From assembly GCA_031285625.1 (NCBI GenBank), contig JAITVV010000002.1:1-10773 (forward strand): a stretch of 10,773 nucleotides of DNA, given 5' to 3'. Below are positions 1-7,720 of this stretch, in pieces (position 1 is the stretch's first letter; every line of letters begins with the position of its first letter). This stretch comes from Prevotella sp. GTDB taxonomy: Bacteria; Bacteroidota; Bacteroidia; Bacteroidales; Dysgonomonadaceae. A program made the translations under genes and the position numbers. A model generated the notes under the pieces. That model saw nothing but the letters and a program-made list of their open reading frames with translations. It was not told the DNA's origin and did no database searches.

Positions 1-1
1 T

Positions 2-118
2 TTGGCTTTCGAACTGTTGAATAACTGTGGTGGTCCGGACAGACAAGGTTATATCGGACTGCAAGATCATGGAGATGATGTGTGGTTCCGTAATATAAAG
101 GTGAAAATCCTAGACTAA
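2..118 (+). CDS. 3' end (partial) of DUF1080 / 3-keto-disaccharide hydrolase family protein
   Basis: Not in the ORF track. Frame 2 translates to LAFELLNNCGGPDRQGYIGLQDHGDDVWFRNIKVKILD* with TAA at 116-118. G-x-I-G-L-Q-D-H-G...V-W-F-R-N-I-K is the characteristic C-terminal motif of DUF1080. Confidence 0.88.
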   Translation: MAFELLNNCGGPDRQGYIGLQDHGDDVWFRNIKVKILD

Positions 119-142
119 AACTAATTTTTTCTATTAAAATAC

Positions 143-184
143 ATATCAAATCCTTGAAGGAGCGATCCTTCTTGGATTTGATAT
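143..184 (+). other. Intercistronic stem-loop with GNRA (GCGA) tetraloop
   Basis: ATATCAAATCC-TT-GAAGGA (143-161), loop GCGA (162-165), TCCTTC-TT-GGATTTGATAT (166-184). This gives 17 Watson-Crick pairs with a 2x2 U/U internal loop. TATTAA (132-137) can additionally pair with TTAATA (185-190). Confidence 0.75.
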
Positions 185-205
185 TTAATAATCTTACAAT
201 AAATC

Positions 206-1099
206 ATGAGAATATCAATCATATTTGCTACTGCTATCCTAATGCTAGCATCATGCACACCCAAGACTACAGAAACAGCCAAAGAGGCTGAGGCACCAGT
301 AAAGAAAGACATTGCTCTACAATTATATTCATTGAGAGATGATATAGGCAAAGACTATGACGGCACTATCAAGAAAGCCGGAGAGATGGGATATACATCT
401 GTTGAGGCTGCAAACTATGGTGAAGGTAAATTCTATGGTAAAACACCTGAAGAATTTAAGGCTAGCATAGAAGCTGCAGGTATGACTGTGCTTTCATCTC
501 ATACAGGAAAAGGATTATCTAAACAAGAACTGGCTTCTAAAAACTTCTCTGAAGCAATGAAATGGTGGGATGAGTGTATTGCCGCACACAAAGCTGCAGG
601 TATGAAATACATTGTCACTCCAGGAATGGAAGTTCCAAAAACACTTAAAGATCTACAGACTTATTGTGAATACTATAATGAAGTAGGTAAGAAATGTAAA
701 GAAAACGGACTGAAATTCGGCTACCACAATCATGACTTTGAGCTTAAAAACAAGATTGAAGACAAAGTGATGTACGACTACATGATAGAAAATACAAACC
801 CTGAATATGTATTCTTTGAAATGGATGTATACTGGATTGTAAGAGGTGGACAAAGCCCTGTTGACTATTTCAACAAATACAAAAACCGTTTCGAATTACT
901 TCACATCAAAGACAATAAAGAGCTTGGACAAAGCGGTATGGTAGGATTTGATGCTATCTTCAAAAACACAGATGCTGCCGGAACAAAACACCTGGTGGTA
1001 GAAGTTGAACAATACAACTTTACTCCTGTAGAGAGTGTGAAGAAAAGCTTCGATTATCTAATAGATTGCCCATTAGTAAAAGCTAGCTATAGCAATTAA
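206..1099 (+). CDS. Lipoprotein, sugar phosphate isomerase/epimerase family (xylose isomerase-like / AP endonuclease 2 TIM barrel); possible 3-keto-glycoside lyase
   Basis: 297 aa. Signal peptide II with lipobox LAS-C17. Family motifs LQLYSLRD, GYHNHDFE, FEMDVYW, LLHIKD and VVEVE (metal-binding residues). Lies directly downstream of a DUF1080 gene. Confidence 0.88.
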   Translation: MRISIIFATAILMLASCTPKTTETAKEAEAPVKKDIALQLYSLRDDIGKDYDGTIKKAGEMGYTSVEAANYGEGKFYGKTPEEFKASIEAAGMTVLSSHTGKGLSKQELASKNFSEAMKWWDECIAAHKAAGMKYIVTPGMEVPKTLKDLQTYCEYYNEVGKKCKENGLKFGYHNHDFELKNKIEDKVMYDYMIENTNPEYVFFEMDVYWIVRGGQSPVDYFNKYKNRFELLHIKDNKELGQSGMVGFDAIFKNTDAAGTKHLVVEVEQYNFTPVESVKKSFDYLIDCPLVKASYSN

Positions 1100-1112
1100 A
1101 ATATAGATTAAC

Positions 1113-1177
1113 TTGTCATATTGAACGGAGTGATAAATCTCTTATTGAGAGACTCTTCACTCCGTTCAGAATGACAA
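1113..1177. repeat. TGTC-tagged REP-like inverted pair (about 65-bp palindromic element)
   Basis: Left arm TTGTCATATTGAACGGAGTGATAAATCTC (1113-1141) matches the reverse complement of the right arm (1149-1177), TTGTCATTCTGAACGGAGTGAAGAGTCTC, at 24/29 positions, with a 7-nt spacer. It resembles the GTCATTCTGA...AGAATCT type of palindromic repeat. Confidence 0.7.
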
Positions 1178-1192
1178 AACTACCCGTAAGTA

Positions 1193-2161
1193 ATGAATGC
1201 AATAATGGCTGATAATGGCTCCTTCTATTATAATATACAAGGACAGGCGGAAGGAACAAGTTATAATATCATATATCAGGATAATCAAGACAGGGACTTT
1301 CAGCCGGAAATTGAAGCTTTATTAGCAGACTTTGAAAAATCATTATCGGTATATGATAGCAATTCCATCATATCACGGATAAACAGAAATGAAGATGTAC
1401 AAATAGATGACTACTTCACAACAGTTTTTACCAGAGCAAAAGAAATAAGTGCCCGGACAAATAATTCCTTTGATATTTCAGCCGAACCTTTATTCAGAGC
1501 ATGGGGATTCAGCTCTCAGGAAAAATACCCTCCCAATAATACCCAAATTGAAGAACTGAAGAAATATATTGGGATGGATAAGGTTAGAATAGAAAATAAT
1601 CGTATAGTAAAAGAACATCCAAATGTTGTATTAAATGTAAATGCTATAGCTAAAGGCTATTCTGCAGACATTATCGCCTCTTTTCTTAACGAACATGGCT
1701 GTCAACATTACTTAGTAGAAATAGGCGGAGAAATTCATTTAAAAGGAGAAAATACCCAAGGTGAAGCCTGGCGTATAGGCATAGACCGTCCAGCCGAAAG
1801 TAACCCTATTCCGGGGCAAGACCTGCAAGTCATTTTACAGATTACCAATAAGGGGATTGCAACATCTGGAAATTATCGCCAGTTCTATATTGAGAATGGA
1901 CAAAAGATCACTCATACTATTAATCCGGCAACAGGATATCCTGCAAAACATAATTTGCTCTCAACAACAGTTATTGCCGAAGATGCCCTCACTGCTGATG
2001 CGTTTGCCACTGCATTTATGGTGGTCGGATTAGAAAAAGCACATGAGTGGATTAATCAATTGCCCGGATTGGATGCAGTATTTATATGCGATGAGGATGG
2101 AGAATACAAAATGTATTGTACTCCTGCTTTAGAAGATAAAATCGTGCAAGAATACAGTTAA
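1193..2161 (+). CDS. apbE: FAD:protein FMN transferase (ApbE family), no N-terminal signal peptide; alternative start at ATG 1205
   Basis: 322 aa with ApbE motifs GTSYNI, FDIS, NAIAKGY, VEIGGEI, WRIGI, ATSGNYRQF, HTINPATGYP and ADAFATA. An in-frame TAA at 1187-1189 prevents any upstream extension. Confidence 0.92.
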   Translation: MNAIMADNGSFYYNIQGQAEGTSYNIIYQDNQDRDFQPEIEALLADFEKSLSVYDSNSIISRINRNEDVQIDDYFTTVFTRAKEISARTNNSFDISAEPLFRAWGFSSQEKYPPNNTQIEELKKYIGMDKVRIENNRIVKEHPNVVLNVNAIAKGYSADIIASFLNEHGCQHYLVEIGGEIHLKGENTQGEAWRIGIDRPAESNPIPGQDLQVILQITNKGIATSGNYRQFYIENGQKITHTINPATGYPAKHNLLSTTVIAEDALTADAFATAFMVVGLEKAHEWINQLPGLDAVFICDEDGEYKMYCTPALEDKIVQEYS

Positions 2162-2293
2162 TCGCTCATGCCTCTGTGTTAAAAAGAAATAAATATTAAA
2201 ATATATCCGCTTTTTAGATATTATTTATATTATTTTGCTAACTGAAAGAACAATCTAATAATAATATCAGATAAAGCACTAAAAAAAGAACTC

Positions 2294-2497
2294 ATGAATA
2301 CATTATTATTTTTAGGTAACCTTGGAACAGGTGAAATCATTATCATAGCTATAGTTGTACTTTTACTTTTCGGTGGTCGTAAGATTCCTGAACTTATGAA
2401 AGGTCTGGGTAAAGGTATCAAAAACTTCAAAGAAGGAGTTAAAGGTATAGAAGACGACATAGAAGGGAATAACGACGAAACAACTAAAAAAGATTGA
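2294..2497 (+). CDS. tatA: Twin-arginine translocase subunit TatA/TatE
   Basis: 67 aa. N-terminal TM helix followed by [24 protein letters not shown] (FG hinge plus amphipathic helix) and a charged tail. Directly upstream of tatC. Confidence 0.96.
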   Translation: MNTLLFLGNLGTGEIIIIAIVVLLLFGGRKIPELMKGLGKGIKNFKEGVKGIEDDIEGNNDETTKKD

Positions 2498-2511
2498 GAT
2501 AGTACACTTCT

Positions 2512-3375
2512 ATGGGAGAGACTACTAATGATGGAATGTCCTTTTGGGATCATCTGGAAGAACTTAGATGGACACTGGTAAGGTCTATCGTAGCTTTATT
2601 TGTTTTTGCAATACTTGGTTTTGCGGTAATGCCATATATATACGATACATGGATCATGGGACCTACACGGGCCGACTTTGTATTGTATAAATATCTGTGT
2701 TATGCTACCTCATCAATACCTTTTTTACCTGACTTTTGCGATAGTGCTTTTTATGTTAAGATTATAAATTATAACCTTACATCGCAATTCTTCAGACACA
2801 TGACCACCTCTTTCTGGTTGGCGCTGATCCTTACTTTCCCATACCTCATATTCGAGATATGGCGCTTTATCAGTCCTGCATTGTACGCCAGCGAAAGGAA
2901 AAGTGCCCGATGGGTATTTCTGTTTGGTACCACCATGTTCTTTATAGGATGTGCAGTAGGATATTTCCTTGTATTCCCTATGACATTCCGGTTCCTTGCA
3001 ACTTACCAGCTGAGTGAAATGATAGAGAATACTATTTCTCTTGATTCATACATGGACATGTTTTTGATGTTGGTATTTATTATGGGTGTTGTTTTTGAGT
3101 TACCTTTAGTATCATGGTTCTTATCACAACTAGGGTTATTAAACAGGTCATTCTTCAAGAAATTCAGGCGACATGCTATTGTAGGACTTCTTGTATTATC
3201 TGCGTTTATCACGCCATCCAGCGATCCGTTTACTCTATCTGTTGTCTTTATCCCTCTCTATATGCTCTTCGAATTAAGCCGGTTTATGGTTAAGCCTGCA
3301 CCTCCTGAGACTGATGATGAAGACGAGGAGGAAAACGTATCGGAAGAGCCAATTGAAGAATCTCCTCAAGATTGA
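2512..3375 (+). CDS. tatC: Twin-arginine translocase subunit TatC
   Basis: 287 aa. MSFWDHLEELR N-terminal motif, EIWRFISPALY..E, GVVFELP and AFITP..DPFT, multiple TM helices, acidic C-terminal tail. Confidence 0.96.
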   Translation: MGETTNDGMSFWDHLEELRWTLVRSIVALFVFAILGFAVMPYIYDTWIMGPTRADFVLYKYLCYATSSIPFLPDFCDSAFYVKIINYNLTSQFFRHMTTSFWLALILTFPYLIFEIWRFISPALYASERKSARWVFLFGTTMFFIGCAVGYFLVFPMTFRFLATYQLSEMIENTISLDSYMDMFLMLVFIMGVVFELPLVSWFLSQLGLLNRSFFKKFRRHAIVGLLVLSAFITPSSDPFTLSVVFIPLYMLFELSRFMVKPAPPETDDEDEEENVSEEPIEESPQD

Positions 3376-3400
3376 TAATTACTGAAAAAGATATACAAAT

Positions 3401-3436
3401 AAAAATCCCGGTTGTAAATTACAACCGGGATTTTTT
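3401..3436. terminator. Bidirectional intrinsic terminator between convergent tatC and pnp
   Basis: Perfect 17-bp inverted repeat AAAAATCCCGGTTGTAA (3401-3417) / TTACAACCGGGATTTTT (3419-3435). An A-run on the left and a T-run on the right give a U-tract on both strands. Confidence 0.92.
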
Positions 3437-3459
3437 ATATACTATATTCCAATGGTTTC

Positions 3460-5640
3460 TCAAGATTCAGCCGTAGCATTATTGTTATCTCCATTAGCCT
3501 TTTGTATTGGTCTTTCGGGTCTTGGAGGGCGAGGAAGAAGAACTTTGCGTGACAGTTTGAATTTACCTGTTTTAGGGTCAATATCAATCAGTTTCACTTC
3601 TATTTCGTCACCTTCTTTCAGTCCGGCTTTTTCCATATCTTCTATGCGATCCCATGAGATCTCCGAGATATGAAGCAATCCATCCTTACCGGGCAGGAAT
3701 TCACAGAATGCCCCGTATGGCATTAGAGAGCGAACCTTGGCAGTATATACCTCTCCTACTTCAGGTACGGCAACGATACCTTTTATCTTAGCCGTAGCAT
3801 CATCAATCGATTTTCTGCTTGTTGCTGATATCTCCACACGTCCATAACCATCAATTTCTTCGATAGTAACAGTAGCTCCTGTTTCCTCCTGAATACCTTG
3901 AATAATTTTACCTCCAGGTCCTATTACTGCACCAATAAATTCTTTATTGATAATAATAACCTCGATACGCGGAGCATTTTCTTTAAAGTCTGCACGTGGT
4001 TCAGGTAATGTTTCAAGGACTTTACCCATGATATGTAAGCGTCCTTCACGAGCCTGATTTAATGCTTTTTCAAGTATTTCGTAAGACAGTCCGTCTACTT
4101 TGATGTCCATTTGGGTAGCAGTGATACCATCTTTTGTACCACAAACCTTAAAGTCCATATCTCCTAAGTGATCTTCGTCTCCTAAAATGTCTGAGAGTAC
4201 AGCGAAGTTAGTTCCTTTCTTTTCAGAAATCAGTCCCATAGCTATGCCTGTCACAGGTTTCTTTATTTTCACCCCTGCATCCATCAATGCCAGCGTTCCG
4301 GCACAAACAGTAGCCATAGAAGACGAACCGTTAGATTCCAATATGTCGGAAACTACACGTATAACATACGGGTAATCGGCAGGGATCATTGGTTTCAATG
4401 CACGGTGTGCAAGGTTACCATGTCCTATTTCGCGGCGTCCTACACCACGCTGCGGCCTTGCATCCCCTGTAGAGAACGGAGGGAAGTTATAATGCAAAAG
4501 GAATCTGTCTTTTCCATTGTTCAGTACATCATCGATGATCTTCTCATCCAATTTTGTACCCAGTGTAACAGTTGTCAGTGACTGTGTCTCCCCACGTGTA
4601 AAGACTGCTGAACCGTGAGCTCCCGGCAGATAATCTACTTCGCTCCAGATAGGGCGTATTTCGGTAGTAGAACGCCCATCAAGGCGTTTGCCTTCATCGA
4701 GGATAGAACGGCGCATAGCTTCTTTCTCCACATCATGGTAATAACGGGAAATCAAAGAGCCTTTTTCAGCCAGTTCCTCTTCTGTAAGATTTGCTTTGTA
4801 TTCATCAACAACCGCAGCAAAGTTATCGCCGCGTTCATGTTTATTTGTATTGCATGATGTAGCTACGGCATAAGCTTTGTCATAGCATTTTGCCCAAACG
4901 TCTTTTCTAAGGTCTTCGTCGTTTGTCTCATGGCTGTATTCACGTTTCACTGTTTTACCAACACTTTCCATCAACTCTATCTGAGCCTGGCACTGTACTT
5001 TGATAGCTTCGTGAGCGAATTTGATAGCTTCAAGCATTTCTGCTTCCGAAACCTCTTTCATCTCACCTTCAACCATCATAATATTATCGATAGTAGCACC
5101 CACCATAATATCCATATCAGCTTGTTCCAGCTGTTTGAATGTAGGGTTAAGCATAAATTGACCATCGATACGCGCTACTCTGACTTCCGATATCGGTCCG
5201 TTAAACGGAACATCAGATACAGCCAATGCTGCAGAAGCAGCCAAGCCTGCAAGTGCGTCCGGCATATCTTCTCCATCAGAAGAGAACAAAATAACATTCA
5301 CAAAAACCTCAGCATGGTAATCGTCCGGAAACAATGGACGAAGTGCACGGTCTACCAAACGGCAAACCAATATTTCATAATCTGAAGCACGACCTTCTCT
5401 CCTCTGGAAACCTCCGGGGAAACGGCCATATGCAGCAAATTTTTCTTTATACTCCACTTGCAGTGGCATAAAATCAACGTCCGGTTTGGCATCTTTAGCA
5501 GCTGTAACTGTTGCCAGTAACATTGTGTTACCCATACGTAACATAACAGAACCATCTGCCTGCTTTGCTAATTTTCCGGTTTCAATGGTGATAGTCCTTC
5601 CATCACCTAAATCGATACTCTTTGTAATCGGATTCATCAT
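3460..5640 (-). CDS. pnp: Polyribonucleotide nucleotidyltransferase (PNPase)
   Basis: [11 protein letters not shown], two RNase PH domains ([23 protein letters not shown]), KH domain (VIGPGGKII) and S1 domain ([20 protein letters not shown]). Start moved from the track's TTG at 5742 to ATG 5640 (MMNPITK, 726 aa; 5637 also possible), which follows an A-rich leader and lies downstream of a -7 promoter element. Confidence 0.97.
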   Translation of the reverse strand: MMNPITKSIDLGDGRTITIETGKLAKQADGSVMLRMGNTMLLATVTAAKDAKPDVDFMPLQVEYKEKFAAYGRFPGGFQRREGRASDYEILVCRLVDRALRPLFPDDYHAEVFVNVILFSSDGEDMPDALAGLAASAALAVSDVPFNGPISEVRVARIDGQFMLNPTFKQLEQADMDIMVGATIDNIMMVEGEMKEVSEAEMLEAIKFAHEAIKVQCQAQIELMESVGKTVKREYSHETNDEDLRKDVWAKCYDKAYAVATSCNTNKHERGDNFAAVVDEYKANLTEEELAEKGSLISRYYHDVEKEAMRRSILDEGKRLDGRSTTEIRPIWSEVDYLPGAHGSAVFTRGETQSLTTVTLGTKLDEKIIDDVLNNGKDRFLLHYNFPPFSTGDARPQRGVGRREIGHGNLAHRALKPMIPADYPYVIRVVSDILESNGSSSMATVCAGTLALMDAGVKIKKPVTGIAMGLISEKKGTNFAVLSDILGDEDHLGDMDFKVCGTKDGITATQMDIKVDGLSYEILEKALNQAREGRLHIMGKVLETLPEPRADFKENAPRIEVIIINKEFIGAVIGPGGKIIQGIQEETGATVTIEEIDGYGRVEISATSRKSIDDATAKIKGIVAVPEVGEVYTAKVRSLMPYGAFCEFLPGKDGLLHISEISWDRIEDMEKAGLKEGDEIEVKLIDIDPKTGKFKLSRKVLLPRPPRPERPIQKANGDNNNATAES

Positions 5641-5670
5641 AATTTTTTTTCTTAACATCTTAAAATCGCA

Positions 5671-5678
5671 CAAAGGTA
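5671..5678 (-). promoter_or_regulatory. Bacteroidota primary-sigma -7 element for pnp
   Basis: Minus strand reads TACCTTTG (consensus TAnnTTTG), 30 nt upstream of ATG 5640. No TTTG at the canonical -33 spacing. Confidence 0.7.
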
Positions 5679-5746
5679 AGCAAAGTTTTTGAAAATTAGG
5701 GGGATGAGAGCCGTAAAACTCCATCTGAGATAAGAAATACAACTTG

Positions 5747-5790
5747 GAATAGTAAAGCTAGCAGAATAGTAAAGAGCAGAATTACTAAAG
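5747..5790 (+). repeat. Short degenerate tandem direct repeat in the pnp-dnaX divergent spacer
   Basis: GAATAGTAAAG-CTAGCA (5747-5763), GAATAGTAAAG-AGCA (5764-5778), GAATTACTAAAG (5779-5790). Confidence 0.55.
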
Positions 5791-5924
5791 AATGAGCCTT
5801 CAACGAGCTACATCCATAAAATACTTGTTATAAGCATAATAAAAAGGTTCTTTCTTTTCCATGTTGAATGATAGGGTTGATCTTTTGTCATGATTTTTAC
5901 ATTTTTTCTTTCCGTTTTTTTTCA

Positions 5925-5932
5925 TAGCTTTG
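5925..5932 (+). promoter_or_regulatory. Bacteroidota primary-sigma -7 element for dnaX
   Basis: TAGCTTTG matches TAnnTTTG, 24 nt upstream of ATG 5957. Upstream region is T-rich with no exact -33 TTTG at canonical spacing. Confidence 0.7.
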
Positions 5933-5956
5933 TAATGCAAAAAGTAAAAACCAAGA

Positions 5957-7705
5957 ATGGATAACTATATAGTTTCAGCAAGAAAATATCGCCCGATGAC
6001 TTTCAATTCCGTTGTAGGTCAGAGGTCACTTACTACCACTCTCAAAAATGCAATTGCATCAGGAAAACTGGCACATGCATACTTGTTCTGCGGACCTCGT
6101 GGGGTTGGTAAAACCACGTGTGCACGTATTTTTGCAAAAACTATAAATTGTCTTACTCCTACAGCTGATGGTGAAGCATGTAACCAGTGTGAGTCGTGTG
6201 TGGCTTTCAATGAGCAACGCTCATTCAATATACATGAACTGGATGCGGCATCGAACAACTCTGTAGATGATATACGTTCTTTGATAGAACAGGTACGTAT
6301 ACCACCGCAGATCGGGAAATACAAGGTATATATAATTGATGAGGTACATATGCTTTCCCAAGCTGCCTTTAATGCTTTCCTTAAAACACTGGAAGAACCA
6401 CCTCATCATGCCATTTTTATTTTGGCAACAACCGAAAAGCATAAAATTCTGCCAACTATACTCTCGCGCTGTCAGATTTATGACTTTAGCCGGATAACAA
6501 TCAAAGATACTGTCGAACATTTGCAATATGTAGCTACTCAGGAAAATGTAAAAACCGAGCCTGAGGCCTTGAATGTGCTTGCACAAAAAGCTGATGGAGG
6601 AATGCGTGATGCATTGTCTATTTTCGATCAGGTAGTAAGTTTCACCGGAGGGAATGTTACATATAAAGCCGTCATTGAAAACCTGAATGTACTCGATTAT
6701 GAATATTATTTCAGATTGACAGATTGTATTCTTACTAATAATGTAGTTGAAGGATTGCTTATACTGAATGAAATATTAAGTAAAGGGTTTGATGGAAATA
6801 ATGTGATAACAGGAATAGCATCACATTTCAGAGACCTTCTATTATGTAAAGATCTGAAAACAGCAGAACTTTTTGAAGTCGGCGCCTCTATTCGCGAAAG
6901 ATATATAGAGACAGCTAAGAGGTGTAGCAATGAATTCTTATATAAAGCAATTGAGCTGGTAAATGAAAGTGACCTCAATTATCGGTATAGCAGGAATAAG
7001 CGGTTACTCTCCGATTTAACTATTATCCGACTATGTCAATTATCTTCCCCTCAAGCAGGATCGGAAGATCAAAAAAAAAAGCAGGTAATTGATCCCATAT
7101 TTTCTAAGCAGGAAGTTAGCGCTCAACCTACCGCAACCAAGCCTTCAACTCAACCGGCTTCGCCTCCTGATAATCAACAGCGCAAAGCTCCGGTAATACA
7201 AAAAGAACCTGTAACGAATCAACCCCAAATATCGGGTACACCGAATGTTACCCCCAAAGTCGGTGGTATGGGAGTATCTATATCAGCTTTCGGACAGAAA
7301 AAAGAAGAAACAGCAAAAGCTGAGATTACTATTGAGGTGCTCAATGACCGGTTTACCCCTCTTCAGCTCATTAATGAATGGAAAGCATACGCAGAATCAT
7401 TAATAGAGGAACACCATCTGAAGAATACCATGCTAAATTGTCTTCCTAACCTCCTCGAAAATACAGTTTTTGAAGTTATTGTAAATAATCCGGTGCAGGA
7501 ACAACGACTTCAGGATAGTGCGATGGATATATTATCGAAGCTAAGAGTGCAGCTCCGTAACACTCATCTGAGGATGGAAATCAGGATAAGTGAAAATAAT
7601 GAGAAGAAACTTGCTTTTACACCTGCTGAAAAATTCAATCTGATGATGGAAGAAAATGAAAGTTTGCGGAGGCTGAAAGATGAATTTGGATTAGAGCTGT
7701 CATAG
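5957..7705 (+). CDS. dnaX: DNA polymerase III subunit gamma/tau
   Basis: 582 aa. ARKYRP, Walker A GPRGVGKT, Zn module NC..ACNQCESC, ELDAAS, Walker B IIDEVHML, SRC motif and GGMRDALS, then a P/Q/T-rich linker and a C-terminal tau domain. Confidence 0.97.
   Translation: MDNYIVSARKYRPMTFNSVVGQRSLTTTLKNAIASGKLAHAYLFCGPRGVGKTTCARIFAKTINCLTPTADGEACNQCESCVAFNEQRSFNIHELDAASNNSVDDIRSLIEQVRIPPQIGKYKVYIIDEVHMLSQAAFNAFLKTLEEPPHHAIFILATTEKHKILPTILSRCQIYDFSRITIKDTVEHLQYVATQENVKTEPEALNVLAQKADGGMRDALSIFDQVVSFTGGNVTYKAVIENLNVLDYEYYFRLTDCILTNNVVEGLLILNEILSKGFDGNNVITGIASHFRDLLLCKDLKTAELFEVGASIRERYIETAKRCSNEFLYKAIELVNESDLNYRYSRNKRLLSDLTIIRLCQLSSPQAGSEDQKKKQVIDPIFSKQEVSAQPTATKPSTQPASPPDNQQRKAPVIQKEPVTNQPQISGTPNVTPKVGGMGVSISAFGQKKEETAKAEITIEVLNDRFTPLQLINEWKAYAESLIEEHHLKNTMLNCLPNLLENTVFEVIVNNPVQEQRLQDSAMDILSKLRVQLRNTHLRMEIRISENNEKKLAFTPAEKFNLMMEENESLRRLKDEFGLELS
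7071..7092 (+). other. Candidate recoding site in dnaX (A10 run / A_AAA_AAG with adjacent off-frame stops)
   Basis: GAT CAA AAA AAA AAG CAG GTA ATT GAT. The -1 frame reads GCA GGT AAT TGA (stop 7090-7092); the +1 frame reads AGC AGG TAA (stop 7086-7088). Located where the clamp-loader domains give way to the linker. Confidence 0.72.
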
Positions 7706-7720
7706 TAGTAATGTTTTCTG

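Noticed and set aside
121-853. Minus-strand ORFs 121-351 and 653-853
   Set aside because: Antisense shadows of the TIM-barrel gene with no recognisable motifs.
2187-2226. Imperfect AT-only inverted repeat between apbE and tatA
   Set aside because: Almost no GC pairs and needs gaps; expected by chance at this composition, so not called a terminator.
2230-2237. Possible tatA promoter -7 element TTATTTTG
   Set aside because: It mismatches the conserved A of TAnnTTTG and lies in very AT-rich DNA. It cannot be supported, although an internal promoter is not excluded.
2230-3212. Minus-strand ORFs 2230-2553 and 3003-3212
   Set aside because: Antisense to well-supported tatA and tatC; composition mirrors sense-strand codon usage.
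3452-5692. Short ORFs overlapping pnp (3452-3673, 4187-4375, 4615-4857, 4930-5385, 5352-5555, 5486-5692)
   Set aside because: Antisense or off-frame shadows within a highly conserved gene, with no independent evidence.
5641-5742. 34-aa N-terminal extension of PNPase from TTG 5742 in the ORF track
   Set aside because: It has no resemblance to PNPase and overlaps the TACCTTTG -7 element. ATG 5640/5637 has a typical A-rich leader.
5915-5922. T8 tract just upstream of the dnaX -7 element as a phase-variable spacer
   Set aside because: Short T-runs are common in these AT-rich promoters, and phase variation of an essential gene is unlikely.
7082-7135. 3' stimulatory stem-loop after the dnaX slippery site
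   Set aside because: Only weak, bulged pairing (AGGT..TTGA with TCAACCT) could be found by eye; not convincing without folding calculations.
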